Notes under the pieces: generated by a model
Told to the model about the DNA's origin: nothing
Database searches by the model: none
The model's input: only the letters and a program-made list of their open reading frames with translations
In this document: positions 25,700 to 33,986 of the stretch, in pieces
Layout: each line of letters opens with the position of its first letter
Position numbering within the stretch: the first letter of the stretch is position 1
Assembly: GCA_002104905.1 (NCBI GenBank)
Contig: MCFE01000702.1
Coordinates: forward strand, 1 to 43,828
Direction: 5' to 3'
Source of the DNA: Basidiobolus meristosporus CBS 931.73
Taxonomy: Eukaryota; Fungi; Basidiobolomycota
DNA: 43,828 nt
Program-made: the position numbers and the translations under genes

Positions 25700-25890
25700 T
25701 TGTGAATGAAAGATGTAACTATTGCTGGTTGTACGTGGCCCTCTTTTGAGGGCACCAATCTTCACGTGTTGCCATACTCAAATGGTTCTGGAATATTGTG
25801 GCTTAGAGAAATTACGTTGGTATTGCATCTTTGTTTGGTTTTATTGGACTAAGATAAACCAACTAACAGAGTAGGTTGAACAATGCAGAT

Positions 25891-26833
25891 TTAGTAGAAG
25901 TAACCCAAGATCTTGCCACCAGTGTGCTTTCTACGGGCTTCTTCGTGGTCCATGATACCGGCGGAGGTGGTGAACACAAGGTATCCGAACTGACGAGAGG
26001 GCAACAATTGGTTGATCCAGTTCTCGACATCAGTGAGCTTCACGTTGAAGCGAGGAGAGATGACTCCGCACTTGTTCAAACGTCCGTTCAATTGGATGAC
26101 AATCTTGCCAGAACGGTGGTCATCGATCTCTTCGAACTCTCCGATGTAGCCTGTAATGAAACAATCACAACTTTCAGTTAGTCACCGCTTCACTCGATTC
26201 GTCCCACTCTACTTCGACCATCGCCAGCAACAGCTGGCCATAGTCGGCAAGGGTTAGTCGATATCTCCACCGTCGCGCAAGCAGCTCGAACCCGACAATG
26301 TTGCAGGCTCAGCAGTAGCAGTGTGGTAGAAGGCAGATGGTTTGTCACGATGATATAAACAGTATGCAAGGTGAATACCCCTTGACCACGCCGTGTAAGT
26401 ACACGTAGTTAATGTACCGAAGCATTAAAAGACAAAGTAGGTAGGAAGATACTACGCTCATCCAGTTATAGACTTCGGATCGGCCCACTAGTGGCCATAA
26501 TCGATTGCGCCCCGCACTTCCATCTGCCATTCTGCCACTCCTCAACTGGCCCACACTGTTGCCCTTGCTGTTGTTGCTGCCGCTGCTCTTGCTTCGGGTG
26601 ACAAAGAACTCTCCCCTCACCATACCGTAGATACATACAAACACACACACACACACACAAGTGCGCATGCGTATGCGGGCTTAATGGATTCGGTACTTAC
26701 CATGCTTTTGCATAACCGACAAGAACTTCACAATGACCTTGGAGGAGGGTCTGATGAGAACTTGACGCTTTCCACGCTTCTCAGCGTTGTTGATGTTCTT
26801 AAGGCAATCGTTCAAGACAGAGATTCTGACCAT
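25891..26833 (-). CDS. RPS22: 40S ribosomal protein S22/S15a (uS8), copy A
   Basis: Exon 26833-26701 ([45 protein letters not shown]), 550-nt intron 26700-26151, exon 26150-25891 ([34 protein letters not shown]...GGKILGYFY, stop TAA). Confidence 0.98.
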
Positions 26834-27149
26834 GTTTCCGGTTGTTCACAAGTGATATGAAGTGGCTACATGACAAAAGTTCAGTTAAGTCCGTGTTGCT
26901 TTCACTGTAGTCCCTGACGCATCGTCAGTTTCCAAACTCTTCAAGCCAACTAGAGTCTCGCCTCCTTGCCACACTCGCCGCAAGCCCACGCCCACCTCGA
27001 GGTCTGCTTCGATGTTGCAGACAGAAGGTCAGCGCGGGGAGGCAACTCGTGAGCAAGCAGTGCGATTCATAGATGTCTCGAACCGCTTTCGCAGTTCTTT
27101 GAATGCCCAGCATGAGTGTTGCCTGAATGAACAGGCAAGTCATGAGGCA
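25892..27149. repeat. About 1.26-kb near-identical direct repeat (partner 28765-30019) covering RPS22 CDS, coding intron and 3' half of the UTR intron
   Basis: Direct comparison shows scattered SNPs and a net 3-nt indel. Identity starts at the stop codon and fades after CATGAGGCA at 27149/30019. Confidence 0.95.
26340..26480 (-). ncRNA. snR44: Intronic box H/ACA snoRNA, snR44-like, copy A
   Basis: Hairpin 1: stem CCGAAG/CUUCGG, pocket CUAUAACU (26471-26464) and UUUAAUG (26429-26423), H box ACAUUA (26415-26410) 14 nt from the pocket. Hairpin 2: pocket CUUACA (26399-26394) and UUUA (26359-26356), ACA box (26345-26343) 14 nt from the pocket. The pockets complement conserved 18S CAUUAAA-U-C-AGUUAU and 25S UAAA-U-A-UGUAAG. 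Confidence 0.85.
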
Positions 27150-27465
27150 AGTAAGCAGCGGCTCATTGGTAATAACCAAATCTTCATAGAAATCATCACC
27201 ATTTCTAATGAAGGGCCTTAACACGATTCTTGATGCACAGTGATTGTTTGATGGTCGGTCAAACGAGCCATCAGACACTTTCTGATGCTCAAGAATGGCT
27301 GACTATGGGATCAAAACCTCTGGGTAGAGGTTGACTTGACTTGCCTGCACGATTATTCCCCTCATGATCTTCCGCATACTATGAATACACTCTCATCTGA
27401 AGCGCAAGGCTTCAGATAGTGAGCTTTGGAGATGGATGGAAGGATTCATGAGCGTGATTACTAAC
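26866..27465 (-). other. Predicted 600-nt 5'-UTR intron of RPS22 copy A
   Basis: Donor ACAG|GTTAGT at 27465, kept in both copies amid unrelated sequence. Branch-like ACTTAAC, pyrimidine tract and TGTAG acceptor at 26866, 32 nt before the ATG. A pyrimidine-rich short first exon lies upstream. Confidence 0.7.
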
Positions 27466-27696
27466 CTGTTGCGATGGCGTTGCCGAGGAAGAAGGAACCG
27501 AAACCCAATCCAATGGAAGTATTTATATCCGGTATGCATGATGAACCAACTCCACCCAATTTCTTGATTCCCCCATCAAAGATGCCACCAATCAAAAGTA
27601 CAGAAGCCTTGCCATGCACTACTACGACCAGGTGGTGTAAAAATCGACATAACCATTATGAAGTGCCTGTTACAACTCGAGAAATCCTCGAGAACT

Positions 27697-28536
27697 TTAA
27701 TTGGTGATCTTACGGTTCGCCACAGCCTCGGCGGCAGCTTTGAGTGCGATGTCACGCTTGCTGCCCGCCTCGGTTTGGCCCGCGATGAATTTGGAAATGC
27801 TTTTCAACTCCTCAGTGTCGAGGAGATTGGGATGAACGTAAAAGGTGGGTTTGGGTGGGTTCGAGGATTGGTTATACAGTGGTAGCTTTTCCTTCTTGAC
27901 TCCCCAAGAGGTGAAGGGTCGGTTGGAGGGCTCCAAATCACCCACTTTCACCTGGCTGATGCGTACCCCACCGAGGAATTTGTAGGTGTATAACTTGAGC
28001 TCGGTATCGGGTGTGATTTCCGAGAAGGTTGTTTTCAGTGGATTGTTGTCACCTAGTACATCTTGGGTATAGTGTTCACCGTTATGTTCCTCGGATATGG
28101 CGATTTTGGTCACATAAGGGCTAAGACACCAATGGACCAACCCAGTTGAGACGGTACTGGTAGCGATAGCTAGATAAACACACAAGAGCTCTGTTAGCGA
28201 AGGTGCTCACTTTCACATTACTTAAAGGCCATTCTAACCTGCACCCACGAGGATACTTCTCATGCCGAACGAAATGGGCGCCTCAATCAAGAAAACGGCC
28301 GGACATACGGCGAAAGTAAGTGCCAAGGAGGAGACCGAAAAGATTTTGAGGTATTTTGCTGTGTTCGCAAGTGGCCCAATATACAACGCACGCTCCTTTT
28401 CGGCAGGTTGACTTCCGGTAGTGTACCAGTGCTGGTGGGATACCAAGGATAGCGTCTTTAGCGCAGAACCTCTTGCGGTCTGAACAGCCGTGAACGTACG
28501 GAAGCCATTCCGGCAAAGAGCTTGGCGAACGAACAT
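27697..28536 (-). CDS. TMEM70-family mitochondrial membrane protein, 2 exons
   Basis: ATG 28536 with an R/S-rich mitochondrial presequence; LYIGPLANTAKYLKIFSVSSL; two hydrophobic helices split by intron 28238-28170; STGLVHWCLSPYV, RPFTSW and FYVH motifs. Confidence 0.75.
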
Positions 28537-28763
28537 CGTATACAAGTAATAAGCTCAGTTCTACTACTATGCCTTTAAGGGCAAACATTGGCAATCAAAA
28601 ATTTTCGATCATGTGATGACTCCCAATATCCCACCACCTCAAAATTCCTTGGAGCAACAGCAACAAACTAGCATTGTTTTTCAAATTTGTATTTATTATA
28701 AGATATTGCATGTATATTTTTACAGCTCCAAAGAACTTGTCTTGGAGTAGATATTAAGGCAAC

Positions 28764-29703
28764 CTAGTAGAAGTAACCCAGGATCTTGCCACCAGTGTGC
28801 TTTCTACGGGCTTCTTCGTGGTCCATGATACCGGCGGAGGTGGTGAACACAAGGTATCCGAACTGACGAGAGGGCAACAATTGGTTGATCCAGTTCTCGA
28901 CATCAGTGAGCTTCACGTTGAAGCGAGGAGAGATGACTCCGCACTTGTTCAAACGTCCGTTCAATTGGATGACAATCTTGCCAGAACGGTGGTCATCGAT
29001 CTCTTCGAACTCTCCGATGTAGCCTGTAATGAAACAATCACAACTTTCAGTTAGTCACCGCTTCACTCGATTCGTCCCACTCTACTTCGACCATCGCCAG
29101 CAACAGCTGGCCATAGTCGGCAAGGGTTAGTCGATGTCTCCACCGTCGCGCAAGCAGCTCGAACCCGGCAATGTTGCAGGCTCAGCAGTAGCAGTGTGGT
29201 AGAAGGCAGATGGTTTGTCACGATGATATAAACAGCATGCAAGGTGAATACCCCTTGACCACGCCGTGTAAGTACACGTAGTTAATGTACCGAAGCATTA
29301 AAAGACAAAGTAGGTAGGAAGATACTACGCTCATCCAGTTATAGACTTCGGATCGGCCCACTAGTGGCCATAATCGATTGCGCCCCGCACTTCCATCTGC
29401 CATTCTGCCACTCCTCAACTGGCCCACACTGTTGCCCTTGCTGTTGTTGCTGCCGCTGCTCTTGCTTCTGGGTGACAAAGAACTCTCCCCTCACCATACC
29501 GTAGATACATACAAACACAAACACACACAAGTGCGCATGGGTATGCGGGCTTAATGGATTCGGTACTTACCATGCTTTTGCATAACCGACAAGAACTTCA
29601 CAATGACCTTGGAGGAGGGTCTGATGAGAACTTGACGCTTTCCACGCTTCTCAGCGTTGTTGATGTTCTTAAGGCAATCGTTCAAGACAGAGATTCTGAC
29701 CAT
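28764..29703 (-). CDS. RPS22: 40S ribosomal protein S22/S15a (uS8), copy B
   Basis: Exon 29703-29571, 547-nt intron 29570-29024, exon 29023-28764 (stop TAG). Protein identical to copy A where compared. Confidence 0.98.
29213..29353 (-). ncRNA. snR44: Intronic box H/ACA snoRNA, snR44-like, copy B
   Basis: Same boxes and pockets as copy A (offset 2873). The one substitution seen (29236) turns a C-A mismatch in the hairpin-2 upper stem into a C-G pair. Confidence 0.85.
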
Positions 29704-29735
29704 GTTTCCGGTTGTTCACAAGTGATATGAAGTGG

Positions 29736-30268
29736 CTACATGACAAAAGTTCAGTTAAGTCCGTGTTGCTTTCACTGTAGTCCCTGACGCATCGTCAGTT
29801 TCCAAACTCTTCAAGCCAACTAGAGTCTCGCCTCCTTGTCACACTCGCCGCAAGCCCACGCCCACCTCGAGATCTGCTTTGATGTTGCAGCCAGAAGGTC
29901 AGCGCGGGGAGGCAACTTGTGAGCAAGCAGTGCGATTCATAGATGTCTCGAACCGCTTTCGCAGTTCTTTGAATGCCCGGCATGAGTGTTGCCCGATTAA
30001 TAGGACAATTCATGAGGCATATAACCGGATGAAAAGCAAGCTTTCAATTGGCGGTCGGCAATCACAGTTACGGAGCCCAACCTCAGTCAGAGATCCACCG
30101 AATAGGGTTTCTTCGGACCTTGGTGAGCGCCAACCGGCCAACCGGATTCTACGATGTTGAATTTGATGTTCCTTCGGGGACACTCATGCGGGCTTTCATT
30201 CTATGAACTCTGTTCCGTGGACTGGCTCTCGGATTGGGTTGTAAGGGCCCATGAAATTGATTACTAAC
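29736..30268 (-). other. Predicted 533-nt 5'-UTR intron of RPS22 copy B
   Basis: Donor ACAG|GTTAGT at 30268 and acceptor TGTAG at 29736, equivalent to copy A. Confidence 0.7.
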
Positions 30269-30554
30269 CTGTGGAGAAGGTACCGCTGGTGTAAGAGATG
30301 GTAAACCAACGTTTGATCGCCCCTTATATGGGGGAAAATTTTATTCACCCCTGAAGAATGGGAATCTCAAGGGGCACCGATTTACAGGGTTATGGAATTT
30401 GGTATATCCATCCAATCAAATCTCGGAAGCGAAATGCATTTATGGGATTATAAATAAATATGGGAACGCGAAATTAGTTGGTGTGTCAGCAATCATGTCA
30501 ACAGAGGAAAATGGCCTGAGGTTACAAAATTCTGGAGCATTTGTATGCATGCAT

Positions 30555-32087
30555 TTAGTAGGTGAATCGGAAATCAAGTCTATCACTTCCGACATCCTTC
30601 GTGGTATCGAGATACTCCTGTCTGGCTTCCTCCGACATCGCATTCCATCGTTGCTCTCTTTTACGATTGAGGAAGATGTAGTGGTATCTTTGCGCAATGA
30701 AGAGTATGATGGTAAAGAATGTCAGCCCGATATTGATCCAGTTCCCCCGATGGAATCGGGGCTTATCGTCGTCCCGGTAGATTTGACTGCTGAGGAGCCC
30801 ATTGATGTTCACGGACATGATATACATTGCCAACGCCATTGAGCGCTTCCCCATGGGTGCTACGTTTTCGGTGAGCCAAGCTGCATTGATAGGATGCCAT
30901 GATGGCCAGCCTACAGTGAACACGATCACTGCGTACAAGGACCACCGGTTTGTGTTATCGGGTAAGAGCTCGAGGCAGAATAGTCCAACCAGAAACCAGA
31001 CAGTTCCGGCAACTCCATGCCATGCCCGGTCTTTCACACGATCACTGTTTCGAGTGAGTGCCAACATGACCAAGAACTTCAGAAAGTGCGCCGGGATGGT
31101 AAGCAAGTTGCTGATCACTGTGCTGAAGCCTAGACTCTTGATCACTAGTGGCATGTAGGATGTGACTGGAACTGGGGCTGTCAATCCAAAGAAACCGATG
31201 AGGAGATGCCCCCAAATGCGTGTATCTTTCAATGCAGCTAGCAGCTCAGTGTTCTTGACTCCTTCTCTGCGGCCAATGGCTTTGCTAGGATCATCTCGGA
31301 TCAGGCGGGTTACCAAGATGCTGACCTCCCTGTCGTCAAACCAGCCGTTTTTTCCTCTCAAGAGGCCCTTGGTTCTGGCTGGGCCCTCCGGGAGATAGAA
31401 GAAGGTGACGATTGCGACAAGCACAGTGCCAATGCCATCAATCAGGAACAGCCATTGCCATCCTTTGAGACCGGCAACGCCACGTAACCTCAGGACTCCG
31501 AATGAAATCAGTCCAGAAGATGCGTCGGCCAGGGCCAATACTCCCCAGAACCAGGACAAACGAGTAGCTAGTTCCTCTTTGGTATAGTATGTGGTCATGT
31601 AGAGAATGATGCCAGGAACGTAACCAGCCTCGGTCAGGCCAAGGAAAAGACGCGAGAGAAGGAAGGAGGTTTTGTCATGCATGAATGTCTGAGCCCAGCT
31701 CACGGTGCCCCACAGAAACATCAGGAAGGGGATCCATCTCTCGGCACCAACCTTGCGAATCACCATGTTCGAAGGGATCTCCAGACTTACGAAGGACAGA
31801 ACAAAGATGATGGTGCCGAGGTTCACCACGTCAAGGGTGATCCCAAGGTCATCAATGAAGTTGTCAGTTAGCGCGTTCGACACATTCCCCCGATCCAATT
31901 GCAAGAAGAAGAACATAAGACCTATCCAAGTCATTACGCGAATATCTATTCTGCGTACCAATCTCTTCTCTTCCTCCTCTTCCCAGGTGATTTTGTGGTC
32001 ATACCCTTCTACATGACTGAGTCGTTCATGTTCCACCGATATGATATCAGTGATGCTGTCGCGAGGATTCTTTTTCTCCACAGGCAT
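30555..32087 (-). CDS. MFS permease, anion:cation symporter (Dal5/Tna1-like) family, copy A, 510 aa, intronless
   Basis: EEKRLVRRIDIRV, QLDRGNVSNA, SLEIPSNM, SRLFLGLTEAGYVPG, YYTKEELATRLSWFW, GLKGWQWLFLIDG; about 12 hydrophobic segments. Confidence 0.93.
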   Translation of the reverse strand: MPVEKKNPRDSITDIISVEHERLSHVEGYDHKITWEEEEEKRLVRRIDIRVMTWIGLMFFFLQLDRGNVSNALTDNFIDDLGITLDVVNLGTIIFVLSFVSLEIPSNMVIRKVGAERWIPFLMFLWGTVSWAQTFMHDKTSFLLSRLFLGLTEAGYVPGIILYMTTYYTKEELATRLSWFWGVLALADASSGLISFGVLRLRGVAGLKGWQWLFLIDGIGTVLVAIVTFFYLPEGPARTKGLLRGKNGWFDDREVSILVTRLIRDDPSKAIGRREGVKNTELLAALKDTRIWGHLLIGFFGLTAPVPVTSYMPLVIKSLGFSTVISNLLTIPAHFLKFLVMLALTRNSDRVKDRAWHGVAGTVWFLVGLFCLELLPDNTNRWSLYAVIVFTVGWPSWHPINAAWLTENVAPMGKRSMALAMYIMSVNINGLLSSQIYRDDDKPRFHRGNWINIGLTFFTIILFIAQRYHYIFLNRKREQRWNAMSEEARQEYLDTTKDVGSDRLDFRFTY

Positions 32088-32141
32088 TTGCTTGATTTCA
32101 GACCAAGAAGGCTGTATGGTTTAGGGTCAGGCGCTGATGTT

Positions 32142-32250
32142 CTTATACGTGAGCTCGGGCTCCAAGTGGGACAAGCCCAAGTCTTCACCGAATAGAAAGT
32201 GGATGCCACTCAAGCGAAAGGTAGCGTCAATTCGGAACAATCTCACCTCA
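32142..32250 (-). promoter_or_regulatory. Conserved promoter blocks of MFS copy A (partner 35562-35656)
   Basis: Plus-strand blocks shared with copy B in the same order: CTTATA (TATAAG on the sense strand), CAAGT(G/A)GGACAAGCC, AAGCGAAAGGTAGCGTCA (18/18) and ATCTnACCTCA. Confidence 0.6.
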
Positions 32251-33986
32251 GTACGTATAGTCAAACGCAATGAGGATGCAGAGATACTTGTTTCAACAAG
32301 AAGTGCAATATGCCCCTCATGTTGCAACATTCGATGAGCGTGTCCTGGGTCCGATGGTTGGCTGCTATCTTCCGATCAAGAGAGTCTGCCATCTCGCTAG
32401 ATGATCTCTAGACCAACCATCGCTTCTGTCAACTATTGCATCATCCCATTCGACTATGGACCGGAGAGGCGTGGTGATTTAATGGGATCGCAATTATGCC
32501 ATTAAGCTGGTATGTGATGTTTTTCCGCTTATCCGTCGAAACCTGGATCCCACATCAAGCGGAATAAGATCACGCAGCGTACACAAAAGTGGCCAGTCGT
32601 TGAATGTTTCCATATGAGTTAATATAGTTCTTCACAACTTCAAGGTTGTTACTGGCTACCAAGATTACACACAGTGACTCAATTCCTATTTGCACACCAG
32701 ATGGAGTGCTATTCTGCTAGCTCACGCTCACTGTTGTCACATCCTGATCTTGCCTGATATGTCTGCCATTGTTCTTTACTGGCTCTGAAGATTGCTGGCA
32801 GCTTGCTTCGCTCTTGGTGCACAGGTTGTATCTGTAAAATATTGTAGGAAGTAGACTATCTCACAGTTGTCAGCTTCAATGTATAGCACATCTTATTCGT
32901 GATTCCCTCATTGGCTTCGCGAATATGCCAATAGCGCTTATAAGGGGTTTACCAGGCGCCAAATCTTATCGATGCTGGGTTGGAAACTGCTGAGCTTCTG
33001 AGGGAGTCCGTTGCCCTAGTTTCTTATCATAATGATATTAATGGCTAGATATGAGTTCTACAGCGGATCCTTAGATTTGCTTCGAAACACTCTCCACCTC
33101 ATTAAGATATACCCAAGTGGCCTTATCCATATAACTTGCAATGATTTGGCGCTCGTTGGATTTCATTTTTATATACACATTGAAATGGATATTTAGATAT
33201 GCGTATATCAAGAGTTCACTGAACCATCTATTAAGTAGTTGCTACGTATATAGCATACCGATCAGAATGTTGAGATAATGAACGATTATGATGCTATCCA
33301 TTAAATGGATGCCGTATTTTAACTATATACCTGGTGCGAATCTGCAGGTGGATTTCTGCATTTGGAATATTGTACCAGAGCAATCCTTACCGAAATCTAC
33401 GTCTACAATGCGTTAGCTGATCGGTCCCATTCTCTCTCGATGTAGTAGCAGTGCTCCGTAGACTACACGCAGGGCTGCCATCCACCGTATGCATTGGTTC
33501 AACAACCTCTACACAGTTCCAATTTGCTTACATATCCTTAGCCCTGGTTCCTGGAAAGTTGGAATCAGAGTTTGAGAACTTTCCAAGCCACAAAACTGGC
33601 CATTCCATTCTGAAGAGAGATCATCATACACTACACAATGCGTTCCGGACCAGCTTCATTGGATTCTTGACATATACACGCTGTATGACTGTATGAAGGT
33701 GCTGCGGAAAGATTGGAGGTGGGAAATATCAATGATGTTTCTAGCAACTCTTGGTATCTAGTACATACTCTACCGGAATGATGTGGCACTCGAAATTTAT
33801 ATAATTTAACTTGCACCGAAATCTCAATTTAGTCTTCGAATATATATGTTAAAATACGTTCTGTGCAGAGGTGCTTATTATCAGGGTGGGTGATAGGTTC
33901 AAGCGCTAACTGATGTAGTGAATGCGATGGCAGCAAGGGAAGATGGGCCGAAGTTACAAAATTCTGGAGCATTTGTATGGATGCAT

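Noticed and set aside
26281-26300. GGTTCGA T-loop-like words here and near 27858 as tRNA genes
   Set aside because: No cloverleaf or A-box at the right spacing. No tRNA, rRNA or CRISPR array was found in the window.
27455-27469. ACTAACCTGT is complementary to the conserved LSU rRNA sequence ACAGGUUAGU and follows a C-box-like TGATTA, suggesting a plus-strand C/D snoRNA; it also contains TACTAAC and a Yap-like TTACTAA
   Set aside because: No CTGA D box follows in either copy. The minus-strand reading ACAG|GTTAGT is a splice donor on the RPS22 sense strand with a matching acceptor, which is simpler.
27474-27707. 77-aa plus-strand ORF MALPRKKEPK
   Set aside because: It lies antisense over the predicted RPS22 first exon and promoter and the TMEM70-like stop, has no counterpart at copy B, and shows no recognisable motif.
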